DNA of 64,000 bases from contig BTVJ01000007.1 of the NCBI GenBank assembly GCA_045863395.1, forward strand, positions 96,001 through 160,000. Direction: 5' to 3'. Position numbers and translations under genes: made by a program. Each line of letters starts with the position of its first letter. Position 1 is the first letter of the stretch. The notes under the pieces were generated by a model, which was not told the DNA's origin, did not search any database, and saw only the letters and a program-made list of their open reading frames with translations. Positions 48,898 to 60,700 of this stretch are shown here, one piece after another. The DNA is from Myxococcales bacterium (GTDB lineage: Bacteria > Myxococcota_A > UBA9042 > JABWCM01 > BTVJ01).

Positions 48898-51201
48898 TCA
48901 GCTCTCGACTCCAACCCTGCGGCGGCGGCGCCCCACCAACAGCAGCAGCCAGGCCGCGGGGTCGCCGGCCGCGGCGCAGCCTCCCCGTCCATCCTGGGAG
49001 GCGGCGCGGACGTCGCCCGGAGAGGCCACGGGCTCCAGGTCGCCGCTCAGAGCCGCGTCTCCCTCCGTGTACCCTGCGTCCGCCGGGGCGAGCGCCGCTG
49101 CCGTCGTGTCCTCGGCGCCCGTGGCCACCGGCCCGCCCGTAGCGGGGCGGCACACCAGGGCGGTCCGATCGGCGGTGCAGACCGCGATCCCCGGGATGTG
49201 GGTCCCGAGCCCGCCGAAGCGCAGGGGGCAGGGCGCGCCCACCCCCTCGAAGTCCTCGTCCACCGCGCCGTCGCAGTCGTCGTCGAGCCCGTTGCCACAG
49301 AGCTCCGGGGGCGCGGGCTGGGGCTCGGCGAGGCAGCTCGTGCCGACGCCGTCCGCAGTGCAGCCCAGGGTCCCCGTGAGCGGGCACGCGCCACGCACCT
49401 GGACGGTGCAGGGCGCACCTACCTCGTCGAAGCCCTCGTCCACGAGGCCGTCGCAGTCGTTGTCCTGGGCGTCGCCGCACAGCTCCACCGCTACGGGGTC
49501 CGTGACGGGGGCCCCCGCGGGCAGGCACTGTGCGGCGTCCCCCGCGGCGCTGCACGCGACGAGTCCCGGCACGACGCAGCCGTCGGGGGTGATCTGGGCC
49601 ACGCACGGGGCGCCCAGGTCCTCGAAGCCCTCGTCGACGGCGCCGTCGCAGTCGTCGTCCAGGCCGTTGTCGCACAGCTCGGCTCCCAGGGGGGCGGCGC
49701 CTCCAGTCTGCTGCTCGACGATGACGAGCACCTGGTCTGCCGCCACCGCCTCGACGACCTGCACCGTCCCCTGCGGCCAGCGCACCACCACCTGGTCGAC
49801 GACGGCCACGTCTCCGAGCCCGAAGTGCGCCTCCAACTGGCTCGTCGCCAGGTAGCCCGAGGTGCTCCCGAGCTGCCGCCGCTGCCGGGCGCCCCCCGCG
49901 GCGACCTCCACGAGCGCCCCGAGGCCGTCGCGGTTGCTCTCGACGCCGGCGAGGCGGACGCGCAGCCAGTGGCCGCCGGCCGTGTCGTTTCGCAGGATGC
50001 GCAGCGGGCTGTCCTGGTTCAGGACGACCAGGTCCTGGTCCCCGTCTCCGTCCAGGTCCCCCGACGCCACGACTACCGAATCCGCGGACCCGAGCGCCGC
50101 ATCCGACTCCCCCGCCACGTCCACGAAGGTGCCGTCCTGCTGATTGTGGAGCAGAGCGTTCCAGCCCGGCGGCAGGGTGACGTCGTGGGTCACGTAGAGG
50201 TCCTCCCACCCGTCCTGGTCCAGATCCTCCGCGACGACCCCCCACCCGGACCGGTTCATCACGCTTTGGGTCTCCTTGGCCACGTCGCTGAAGGCGCCGC
50301 AGTGGTTGGAGAACAGGAAGTGCCCCTCCGTCGTGTTCGTCACGTACACGTCGAACGCGCCGTTCCTGTCCAGGTCCGCCACCGCGACGCCCATGCCGTT
50401 GGCCTGGACCGGGGTCATCACGTCGAGGGTCACGTCCACGAAGCTGCCGTCCACGTTGCGGTACACGGTGAACCACGGGTTGCCGCCCGTGCCGCGGTCG
50501 TTGGCCACGAACAGGTCCAGGTCGCCGTCAAGGTCCAGGTCGAGCAGGCGCATGCCCAGGTTGGCTCCAGAGACGATCTTCGTCGGGTCCTTGGTGTTCA
50601 CGAAGCCCTTGCCAGAGGCCCCGGCTGCGTCCGGCACGAGCGCGAAGGTCCCGTCGCCCAGAGACAGGAAGAGGAGGCTCCCGGGGTCGTTCCAGCCGTC
50701 GTAGCGTCCGATGAACAGGTCCAGCCAGCCGTCTCCGTCCAGGTCGCCCCACTGGGCGTCCATGTCCCAGCTCGCTCCAACGGGGCTGAGACCGGCCGCC
50801 GTGGTCACGTCCGTGAACTGGAAGGGCCCGTCGGCGCGCAGGAGGCGCCGTCCGCCGGACGGCACCGCCACGAAGAGGTCCAGGTCGCCGTCGTTGTCGT
50901 AATCCGCCGCCGCCAGGGCCTTCTCGGCGCCGAAGTTCGGCAGCCCGAGGCCCACCTCCGTGAAGGTGAGGTCTCCGGCGCCACGCCACGCGCGCAGTGG
51001 CTGGGATTCTCCGCCCGCGACGATCAGGTCGGGCACGCCGTCCGCGTCGAAGTCGCCGATGGCGAGGCCGCCGCCGCCCCAGGGGATCTTCGCGTCGCCA
51101 TAGGAGTGCGCCACGCCGCTCTGGGGGGTGACGTCCTTGAGCACCGGGATGGCCAGCGCGGGCGTGGTCGAGAGGACCAGCAGCGGGACGAGGTTGCGCA
51201 T
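48898..51201 (-). CDS. CRTAC1/ASPIC-UnbV family FG-GAP protein with MopE-like repeats and a MYXO-CTERM-type tail
   Basis: DYDNDGDLDLFV, DLDGDGWLDLF, HWLRVRL..SNRDGLGA...HFGLG...VRWP; ELCDNGLDDDCDG; GGC...WLLLLVGRRRRR. Confidence 0.88.
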   Translation of the reverse strand: MRNLVPLLVLSTTPALAIPVLKDVTPQSGVAHSYGDAKIPWGGGGLAIGDFDADGVPDLIVAGGESQPLRAWRGAGDLTFTEVGLGLPNFGAEKALAAADYDNDGDLDLFVAVPSGGRRLLRADGPFQFTDVTTAAGLSPVGASWDMDAQWGDLDGDGWLDLFIGRYDGWNDPGSLLFLSLGDGTFALVPDAAGASGKGFVNTKDPTKIVSGANLGMRLLDLDLDGDLDLFVANDRGTGGNPWFTVYRNVDGSFVDVTLDVMTPVQANGMGVAVADLDRNGAFDVYVTNTTEGHFLFSNHCGAFSDVAKETQSVMNRSGWGVVAEDLDQDGWEDLYVTHDVTLPPGWNALLHNQQDGTFVDVAGESDAALGSADSVVVASGDLDGDGDQDLVVLNQDSPLRILRNDTAGGHWLRVRLAGVESNRDGLGALVEVAAGGARQRRQLGSTSGYLATSQLEAHFGLGDVAVVDQVVVRWPQGTVQVVEAVAADQVLVIVEQQTGGAAPLGAELCDNGLDDDCDGAVDEGFEDLGAPCVAQITPDGCVVPGLVACSAAGDAAQCLPAGAPVTDPVAVELCGDAQDNDCDGLVDEGFDEVGAPCTVQVRGACPLTGTLGCTADGVGTSCLAEPQPAPPELCGNGLDDDCDGAVDEDFEGVGAPCPLRFGGLGTHIPGIAVCTADRTALVCRPATGGPVATGAEDTTAAALAPADAGYTEGDAALSGDLEPVASPGDVRAASQDGRGGCAAAGDPAAWLLLLVGRRRRRVGVES

Positions 51202-51285
51202 GGGGTGATCCTGCCGCCGTCGGCGCCGCCTGTCCAGGGGACTCGTCGGGGCGCGAGGATCATGGCGTCGCCCCACGGCACCGGG

Positions 51286-54200
51286 TCACAGGCAGGTGGC
51301 GGGGTCCAGGTCTCCGTCGCAGTCGGTGTCCACCCCGTCGCACGCCTCGGGGGCGCCGGGCCAGGCCCCGGGGTTCTCGTCGTCGCAGTCTCCGGTCTGG
51401 GTCGCCGTCCAATCTGCCTGAGCGGTGCACAGACACTGGAAGAGGGCTGAACCCCAGGAGTCTCCGTCGCCGTCCTGGTAGAGGACTGTGCAGCCCGTGG
51501 AGTTCGGCGCGTCCACCACGCCGTCGCAGTCGTCGTCCTTGCCGTTGCACGCCTCGATGGCCGCCGGATTGACGGCCGCCACCTTGTCGTCGCAGTCACC
51601 GCCGACCGCGGCCACATGGGGCGCGACCGGCGCGCAGAGGCAGGCGCTCTCTCCCGTCAGCCCCCAGCCATCCCCGTCGTCGTCACGAAGCCACTGGACG
51701 CACCCCTTGGCGCCTGGCTCGTCCACCAAGCCGTCGCAGTCCTCGTCGACACCCTTTCCGGCGCAGGTCTCCTCGGCGCCGTGATGCCGCGTGGGGTCCA
51801 GCGGGGCGCAGTCGAGCACGTCCGGGTCACCGTCGTTGTCGTCGTCCGGGTCACAGGTGTCGCCCAGGCCGTCTCCGTCCGTGTCCGTCTGCGACGCGTT
51901 GGAGACCAGCGGGCAGTTGTCCGAGACGTCCGGCACCTCGTCGTTGTCGTCGTCTGGGTCGCAGGCGTCTCCGAGGCCGTCTCCGTCCGTGTCCTTCTGA
52001 TCCGGGTTGTGCACCAGAACGCAGTTGTCTGCTCCGTCCAGCTTGCCGTCGCCGTCGTCGTCCGGGTCGCAGGCGTCTCCGAGGCCGTCTCCGTCCGTGT
52101 CCGTCTGCGCCGGGTCGGGGATCAGGGGGCAGACGTCCACGTCGTCGGGGACCCCGTCGTTGTCGTCGTCTGGGTCGCAGGCGTCGCCCATTCCGTCGAA
52201 GTCCGAGTCCTTCTGCGTCGGGTTGGCCGCGAAGGGGCAGTTGTCGCCATCGTTGGGTTTGCCGTCTCCGTCTGCGTCGCTGTCGCAGGCGTCGCCCTTG
52301 CCGTCTCCGTCCAGGTCCTCCTGGCCCGGGTTCCACGCCAGCGGGCAGTTGTCCGAGCCGTTCAGGTAGCCGTCGTTGTCCGCGTCCGGGTCGCAGACGT
52401 CGCCGATGCCGTCCTGATCCACGTCCCCCTGGAGGGGGTTCGCGGTGATCGGGCAGTTGTCCACCGTGTCCGCGATGCCGTCGTTGTCGTCGTCGGGGTC
52501 GCAGGCGTCCCCCAGGGAGTCTCCGTCTGCGTTGGCCTGGCTCGGGTTCTTGACGGTCGGGCAGTTGTCGGCGTCGTCGGGCACGCCGTCGTTGTCGTCG
52601 TCCGGGTCGCACGCGTCGCCCACCCCGTCCTTGTCGGTGTCCGTCTGGGACGGGTTGACCACCAGGGGGCAGTTGTCCACCGCGTCGGGGTAGCCGTCGT
52701 TGTCGTCGTCGGGATCGCAGGCGTCGCCCTTTCCGTCCTTGTCCGTGTCCGTCTGCTCGGGGTTGGCTGCGCCCGGGCAGTTGTCGCCGGCGTCCAGCAC
52801 GCCGTCGCCGTCCTGGTCTCCGTCGCAGGCGTCGCCCACGCCGTCCTTGTCCGTGTCCGTCTGCGCCAGGTTCGGCACGAGCGGGCAGTTGTCCAAGTGG
52901 TCCGGGACCTTGTCGTTGTCGTCGTCGTCGTCGCAGGCGTCGCCCTTGCCGTCCTTGTCCGTGTCGATCTGGAGGGGGTCCGGAACGAGGGGGCACTTGT
53001 CCAGGGCGTCCGGCAGACCGTCGCCGTCGTCGTCGTCGTCGCAGGCGTCGCCGTTGCCGTCCCCGTCCGTGTCCACCTGGTCCGGGTTGGGGAGGAGCGG
53101 GCAGTTGTCCACGGCGTCTGGAACGGCGTCGTTGTCGTCGTCCGTGTCGCAGGCGTCGCCGATGCCGTCCTTGTCCGTGTCCGTCTGACCCGGATTGAAG
53201 ACGTTGGGGCAGTTGTCCAGCGCGCCCGCGATGCCGTCGCCATCCTCGTCCGGGTCACAGGCGTCGCCGAGGCCGTCACTGTCGCCGTCCTTCTGGTCCG
53301 GGTTGGGCACTAGCGGGCAGTTGTCGGCCCCGTCCAGGACCCCGTCGTCGTCGTCGTCCGGATCGCAGGCGTCCCCCTTGCCGTCCTTGTCCGTGTCCTG
53401 CTGGTCCGGGTTGGGCACGAGCGGGCAGCTGTCCGTCCCGTCGGGCACCTGGTCGTTGTCGTCGTCCGGGTCGCACGCGTCGCCGACCGTGTCCAGGTCG
53501 GCGTCCTCCTGGCCGGGGTTGGGCACGGTGGGGCAGTTGTCGTCGCCATCCAGCACGCCGTCCGCGTCGTCGTCCGGCGAGAGGCAGTCCGCCGTCCCGT
53601 CGCCGTCCGAGTCCGGGAAGCCCTCGTCCGTGACCCCATCGCAGTCGTCGTCCTTCCCATTGCAGGTCTCCGCCACCGGCTGCTGCGCCGAGCACCCCGG
53701 GGCGCCGCCCGCGCAGGTCACGACCCCGAGGCAGAGCCCGTGCTCGCTCTTGTTCTCGCACTGCACGGGGGCCAGGCTCTCGTCCGTCGCGCCGTCGCAG
53801 TCGTCGTCCTTGCCGTTGCACACCTCCGGGGCGGCGGGCGGCCCGTCGCACTCCGTCAAGCCCGTCTCGCCGCAGAAGCGCTCGCCCCCGCAGGTCCCGT
53901 GCTCGTTGCTGGTCGCGCAGGCCGTCGAGCGCTTGAGGGCCTGCGCCCACCCGTTGCACTCGCAGATGCCCGCGGAGGGGCGGCACTGGCGGGCGGTCTC
54001 GGCCCCGCGGACCTCGTCGACGCAGTCGTAGCCCGACGGACACGGCCGCTCCGAGCAGTCACCGCCGCAAAAGGAGCCCTCATCGCCCATGGCGAGGCAC
54101 AGATCGCCCGTCACCGCCCCATCCGGGCGGCAGTCGGCGTCATTCCGGCAGGGGCTGCACAGGGCCAGGAAGTCCTGCACGCACAGGTAGACCAGATCGG

Positions 54201-54576
54201 GGAAGGTCTTCTCCAGGGGCGCGCAGCGGAAGCCGTCCGGGCACGGCTCGACCTCATTGCACAGGTCGGTGCAGGTGGGGCCGGACGTGGTCGCGATGCA
54301 CTGCCCGGAGATGCAGTCCGGGGCGCCCCCCGGACACGGGTAGCCCATCTCTCCAGGCTCGGGGGTGTTGCCCGTGTCGCCCAGGTCGAGACCTTGCTGT
54401 ACGTCGATTTCTGGCGTCACCTGGTCAGGCTGGACGAATCCTGCGTCTCCTGAGGCGTCCTGCTCGACTGCACCATCCGCGGCATCAACCTGCGCTCCCT
54501 GAGTCACGGGATCGCCGTCGCAGGCGACCATCAAGCAGCACATGACGCCGAGCCAGAACGCGAGACGCATCACCAT
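51286..54576 (-). CDS. Thrombospondin type-3 repeat lipoprotein with MopE-like repeats
   Basis: LMVA|C lipobox. About 17 tandem DNCPxxxNPxQxDxDxDGxGDACDxDDDxDG units. Confidence 0.9.
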   Translation of the reverse strand: MVMRLAFWLGVMCCLMVACDGDPVTQGAQVDAADGAVEQDASGDAGFVQPDQVTPEIDVQQGLDLGDTGNTPEPGEMGYPCPGGAPDCISGQCIATTSGPTCTDLCNEVEPCPDGFRCAPLEKTFPDLVYLCVQDFLALCSPCRNDADCRPDGAVTGDLCLAMGDEGSFCGGDCSERPCPSGYDCVDEVRGAETARQCRPSAGICECNGWAQALKRSTACATSNEHGTCGGERFCGETGLTECDGPPAAPEVCNGKDDDCDGATDESLAPVQCENKSEHGLCLGVVTCAGGAPGCSAQQPVAETCNGKDDDCDGVTDEGFPDSDGDGTADCLSPDDDADGVLDGDDNCPTVPNPGQEDADLDTVGDACDPDDDNDQVPDGTDSCPLVPNPDQQDTDKDGKGDACDPDDDDDGVLDGADNCPLVPNPDQKDGDSDGLGDACDPDEDGDGIAGALDNCPNVFNPGQTDTDKDGIGDACDTDDDNDAVPDAVDNCPLLPNPDQVDTDGDGNGDACDDDDDGDGLPDALDKCPLVPDPLQIDTDKDGKGDACDDDDDNDKVPDHLDNCPLVPNLAQTDTDKDGVGDACDGDQDGDGVLDAGDNCPGAANPEQTDTDKDGKGDACDPDDDNDGYPDAVDNCPLVVNPSQTDTDKDGVGDACDPDDDNDGVPDDADNCPTVKNPSQANADGDSLGDACDPDDDNDGIADTVDNCPITANPLQGDVDQDGIGDVCDPDADNDGYLNGSDNCPLAWNPGQEDLDGDGKGDACDSDADGDGKPNDGDNCPFAANPTQKDSDFDGMGDACDPDDDNDGVPDDVDVCPLIPDPAQTDTDGDGLGDACDPDDDGDGKLDGADNCVLVHNPDQKDTDGDGLGDACDPDDDNDEVPDVSDNCPLVSNASQTDTDGDGLGDTCDPDDDNDGDPDVLDCAPLDPTRHHGAEETCAGKGVDEDCDGLVDEPGAKGCVQWLRDDDGDGWGLTGESACLCAPVAPHVAAVGGDCDDKVAAVNPAAIEACNGKDDDCDGVVDAPNSTGCTVLYQDGDGDSWGSALFQCLCTAQADWTATQTGDCDDENPGAWPGAPEACDGVDTDCDGDLDPATCL

Positions 54577-54760
54577 CACTCACCTCACCGCGGGGGGCCG
54601 TAGGGGGAGTCAGCATGCCACCTCCTGGCGTCCGCTCCAACCCTGGCGCCGAACGACTCCGTAAATTCTGCCCGTCGCGGGATTCCGTCTACCCCTCTTC
54701 GTGGGCTGCAAGTACACTGCCCGGACGACCTGTGGCTCAAGAGGCTCCCCGGAGGCCCCC

Positions 54761-57700
54761 ATGAGAGACCTGCGAGCGTTCATCGTGCTGGCCATGATCC
54801 TGACAGCGTGCGGCGAGAGCGTCGTGAGCAGTGGCGGCGACGGTGGCAGCACCGACGTCGACACGCCGCCCCTCGGCACGGACGTGGACGTCGCCCCCCC
54901 TGACGGGGTCGTGGTTCCAGACACGGGGAGCGAGCCTCAGTGCTCGGTCGACGGGGACTGCTCGGCCTTGGCCAAGCCCTGCTCCACGGTGAAGTGCGAC
55001 GCCGGCAAGTGCACCTGGATCCCCCAGGACGACGGGGCTGCGTGCGACGACGGCGACCCGTGCACCCAGGGCGACAAGTGCTCTGCCGGGGCCTGTGCAG
55101 GCATCGACACCTGCGGCTGCGCCGGCGACGCCGACTGCGCGGACCAGGAGGACGGCGATCTCTGCAATGGCACGCTCGTCTGCAAGGACAAGAAGTGCGT
55201 GGTGGACGCCGCGACGGTGATCGCCTGCGACACGAGCGCCGACGAGGCCTGCGCAAAGGCCGCCTGCGACCCGGCGACGGGCTCCTGCGCCATCATGGCG
55301 GTGCCGGAGGGGTCGGCTTGTGACGACGGCGATGGCTGCACGGTCGGGGAGACCTGCAAGAGCGGGGTCTGTTCCGGCGCGTCGCTGTCCTGCGACGACG
55401 GCAGCCCGTGCACCGACGACGCGTGCGAGGGCGGCACCTGCACGAACACCCCCAACACGGCAGCCTGCGACGACGGCAACCCCTGCACGGTCGGCGATGC
55501 GTGCAAGGACGGCCTGTGCCAGCCCGGCGAGGGGAGCTGCCCCTGCGAGACGGAGGCGGACTGCGCTGCGCAAGAGGACGAGGACCTGTGCAACGGAACG
55601 CTGACCTGCGCCGACGGCCAGTGCGTTCCGCTGCCTGGCTCCGCCGTGGTGTGCGACACGTCGGCGGACGGGGCCTGCGCGACGACCGCGTGCGTTCCGT
55701 CGACCGGGGAGTGCGAGACCACCGCCGCCGAGGACGGTACGCCGTGCGACGACGGGACGGCGTGCAGCGGGGCGGACGCCTGCCTGGAGGGCGCCTGCCT
55801 CGGCTCACCCATAAGCTGCGACGACGGCAACCCGTGCACCCAGGAAGGGTGTGACCCGGTGTCCGGATGTACCCACGAGGCGATTCCGGGCTCCTGCGAC
55901 GACGGGGACGCGTGCACGACGGGGGACACGTGCGTGGGCGGCACCTGCGCCGGATCCGGCGCCGGCCAGTGTGACGACGGCAACCCCTGCACCACCGACG
56001 GCTGCGACCCCGCCGGGGGCTGCGTCAACGTCCCCAACGCGGTGCCCTGCGACGACGGCAGCGCGTGCACCACGGGCGACGCATGCAGCGACGGGGCCTG
56101 CGTGGGCGGCGCGCCGCTGGCGTGCGACGACGGCAACCCCTGCACCAGCGACACGTGCTCGGCGGCGACGGGCTGCGTCCATGACCCGATCACGGCACCC
56201 TGCAACGACGGCAACCCCTGCACGAGCGGCGACCAGTGCGAGGGCGGCGTCTGCAAGGGCGTCGGGGGCCTGGACTGCGACGACGGCAACCCCTGCACGG
56301 ACGACGGCTGCACCGCGGAGAGCGGCTGCACCCACACCCCCAACGCGGCGCCTTGCGACGACGGGAACGCCTGCACCACGGGCGACGTGTGTACGGGCGG
56401 CGAGTGTGCGCCCGGACCGTCGACGTGCTCGTGCCAGACCGACGGAGACTGCAAGCCCTTCGACGACGGCAACGCCTGCAACGGCGTGCTGTTCTGTGAT
56501 CAGAGCTCCTTCCCCTTCACGTGCAAGGTGAGCCCGTCGAGCGTCGTGACGTGCTCGACGGCGGGCGATACGACCTGCCAGAAGAACACGTGCGACCCGG
56601 TGAGCGGTCAGTGCTCCCCGAAGCCCTTGAACGACGGCAAGCCCTGCGATGACGGCAACGCCTGCACGGCGGCAGACCTGTGCGGGAGCGGTGTCTGCAA
56701 GGGCAGCGTGCCCACGAGCTGCGACGACAAGAACCCGTGCACCGACGACTCCTGCGTGCCGGCGACCGGGTGCGTGCACAAGTCGAACGCCTCGCCCTGT
56801 GATGACGGGAGCCTGTGCACGACGAACGACCTCTGCCAGCAGGGGCTCTGCGTTGGTGGTCCGCCGCCTGGCTGCAATGACGGCAACCCCTGCACGGACG
56901 ACGGCTGCAACCCCAAGTCCGGCTGCTTCAACACGCCGAACGTGGCGCCGTGCAGCGACGGGAACTCGTGCACGACGGGGGACGCCTGCAAGGGCGGCCT
57001 GTGCGCCGGCGGAACGGGCGTGGCGTGCAGCGACGCCAACCCCTGCACCGACGACGCGTGCGACCCGAAGAGCGGCTGCGTGCACACCCCGAACGGGGCC
57101 GGCTGCGACGACGGCAACGCCTGCACGACCGACGACGTGTGCGCCAACGGGACGTGCAAGGGCCTGAAGGCCGTGCTGTGCAACGACGGCAACCCGTGCA
57201 CCGACGACGCGTGCAACCCGGCGCTCGGGTGCGTGTTCCAGAACAACGCCGCGCCGTGCAACGACGGCAGCGTGTGCACCACGGACGACACCTGCGCCGG
57301 CGGGTCGTGCGTCGGCGGCGCGCCGCTGTCCTGCGGCGACGGCAACCCCTGCACCGACGACACCTGCGACCCGAAGACGGGCTGCAAGAACACCCCGAGC
57401 GGCAAGCCCTGCGACGACGGCAACGCGTGCACGTCAGGCGACGCCTGCGGTGGTGGCTCCTGCAAGCCGGGCTCGCCGGTGGGGTGCAACGACGGCAACC
57501 CGTGCACCGACGATGGCTGCGACCCGCAGACCGGCTGCGTCCACACGATGAACACGGCCGCCTGCGACGACGGGGACGCCTGCACCACGGGCGACGTCTG
57601 CGGCGGCGGCGTGTGCAAGGGGACGGGCGGGACCCAGTGCAACGACGGCAACCCGTGCACCGACGACTCCTGCAAGGAGGGCGTGGGCTGCGTCTACGTC

Positions 57701-60700
57701 GCCAACCAGGCCCCCTGCGACGACGGCAACGCCTGCACCACCGGGGACGCCTGCGCGGCCCAGAAGTGCGTGGGCGGCCCGGCGACCCAGTGCGGGGACG
57801 GAAACCCGTGCACGGACGACTCCTGCGACCCGGCGACGGGCTGCGTGAACCTGGCCAACGAGAAGCCGTGTGACGACAACAACGCCTGCACCGTCGGCGA
57901 CCAGTGCGGCGCCAAGCAGTGCAAGCCCGGCGTCCCGCTGCCGTGCGACGACGGCAACCCCTGCACGACCGACGGGTGCCTGCCTGCGACAGGCTGCACC
58001 GCGGTCCCGAACACGGCGCCGTGCTCGGACGGCAACCCGTGCACCCAGAACGACGTGTGTGCGGGCGGGCTGTGCCAGAGCGGGACCCAGATCTGCGCCT
58101 GCGAGGAGGACGCCGACTGCGCCGCGCAGGACGACGGCGACCCCTGCACGGGCACGCTGGTGTGCAACGTGGGCGTCCTGCCACACACCTGCGTCGTGGA
58201 TCCGGCCACCGTGCCGGTGTGCGACCCCTCGGACGACACGCCGTGCCTGGTCAGCAAGTGTCAGCCCGCGAGCGGGTCGTGCGCTCCCGTGCCCGTCAAC
58301 GCGGGCGGACCTTGCGACGACGGCAGCGCCTGCACGGCGGGCGACAAGTGCTCGAGCGGGCTGTGCGTCGGCGGAGCCACCATCAACTGCAACGACGGCA
58401 ACCCCTGCACCGACGACTCCTGCGACCCTCTGGCCGGCTGCCTGAGCACCCCGTCGAGCCAGCCGTGCAACGACGGGAACCCGTGCACGACGGGCGACAC
58501 GTGCTCGGCCGGGACCTGCAAGGGCACCGGAGCGCTCCCGTGCGACGATGGCAACCCCTGCACGACGGACGCCTGCGACCCGGCGACCGGGTGCACGTTC
58601 ACCAACAACACCGTCCTCTGCGACGACGGCAACGCCTGTACGTCCGGGGACGTGTGCGGCGCCGGGGTCTGCAAGGGCGCGACGGCGGTGACCTGCAACG
58701 ACGGCAACCCGTGTACGGATGACACCTGCGACCCGGCGACGGGCTGCAAGGCCACCAACAACACGGTGCCCTGCAACGACGGCAACGCGTGCACGACGGC
58801 GGATACCTGCAAGGACGGCGTCTGCACGGGCGGCGCGCCGCCGGCCTGCGGCGACGGCAACCCATGCACGGACGACGGGTGTGATCCCGCGACGGGCTGC
58901 GTCCATACGAACAACACGGCGCCCTGCAATGACGGCAACGCGTGCAGCACCGGCGACACCTGCGCTGGCGGCTCCTGCGTGGCGACGGGCACGCTCCCGT
59001 GCAACGACGCCAACCCGTGCACCAACGACTCCTGCATCCCGGCGAGCGGCTGCTCGTTCGTGAACAACACGAACCCGTGCAACGACGGCAACGCCTGCAC
59101 CACGTCGGACGCCTGCGACGGCGGCCAGTGCAAGGGCACGGGCTCGCTGAGCTGCGCCGACAGCAACCCGTGCACCGACGACTTCTGTGACCCGGCGACG
59201 GGCTGCGTGGTCAAGCCCAACACCAACCCATGCAACGACGGCAACGCCTGCACCCAGAACGACGCGTGCTCGGGCGGCGTGTGCCTGGGCGGCTCGGCGG
59301 TGGTCTGCAATGACGGAAACCCCTGCACGACGGAGAGCTGCGTCCCTGCCAGCGGCTGCGTCTACACCAACAACACGAGCCCCTGCGACGACGGCAACGC
59401 CTGCACGCCGAGCGACAAGTGCACGAACGGCGTGTGTGTGGGGTCGGGGACGCTCGGCTGCAACGACGGCAACCCGTGCACGACCGATAGCTGCGACCCG
59501 GCGACAGGCTGCACCTACACCAACAACACGAGCCCGTGCGACGACGGCAACGCCTGCACGTCCGGCGACGTGTGCGGCGGTGGCGTCTGCAAGCCCGGGA
59601 CGGGGCTCCAGTGCAACGACGGCAACCCCTGCACGGACGACGGGTGCTCCCCGGGCTCCGGGTGCACGTTCACGCCCAACACGGCGCCCTGCAACGACGG
59701 CAACGCCTGCACGTCCGGCGACGTGTGCGCGGCAGGCCAGTGCAAGGCGGGCACCGCGGTGACGTGCAACGACAGCAACCCGTGCACCAGCGACTCCTGC
59801 AACCCGGCGAGCGGGTGCGTCTACACGAACAACACGGCGGCCTGCTCCGACGGCAACGCCTGCACGACGAACGACACGTGCGCGGGCGGTCAGTGTGTCG
59901 GCGGGGCGGCCCCCAACTGCAACGACGGCAACGTCTGCACGGCGGACGCCTGCAACCCGGCCACCGGCTGCACGCACACGCCGACGGCCGGACCGTGCAA
60001 CGACGGCAACGCGTGTACGCAGAACGACACCTGCACGGGGGGGGTCTGCACGGGCGGCGCGGCGGTCAACTGCGACGACGCCAACCCGTGCACCAACGAC
60101 TCCTGCAACCCGGCGACCGGATGCACCTACACCAACGCGAGTGGGGCGTGCAGCGACGGCAACGCCTGCACGACCGGCGATGCCTGCACCGGCGGGCTGT
60201 GCAAGCCGACGGGGACTTTGACCTGCAACGACAACAACGTGTGCACCAGCGACTCCTGCAACCCGGCCAGCGGCTGCGTGTTCACGAACGTCTCCGGGCC
60301 CTGCGACGACGGCAACGCGTGCAGCACGGGCGACTCGTGCCAGGCGGGGCAGTGCAAGGGCACGGGCGGCTTGAACTGCGACGACGGCAACCCCTGTACG
60401 GCGGACTCCTGCAACGCGCAGGGAGGCTGTGTCCACACCAACATCACGGGCGGCTGCAACGACGGGAACGCCTGCACGACCAACGACATCTGCCAGAACG
60501 GGGTCTGCACGGGCGGGCCGGCGCTGTCCTGCAACGATGGCAACGTGTGTACCAACGACTCGTGCAATCCCGCGAGCGGCTGCGTCTACACGAACAACAC
60601 CGCGAGCTGCAACGACGGCAACGCCTGCACCACGGGGGACACGTGCTCCGGCGGACAGTGCGTCGGTGGGTCGCCTCCCGTGTGCAACGACAACAACGTC

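Noticed and set aside
43174..51450. Long + strand ORFs (898, 727, 905 aa)
   Set aside because: Shadows of motif-bearing minus-strand genes.
51800..53600. ~108-bp periodic DNA resembling an array
   Set aside because: Encodes TSP3 repeats; degenerate at third codon positions.
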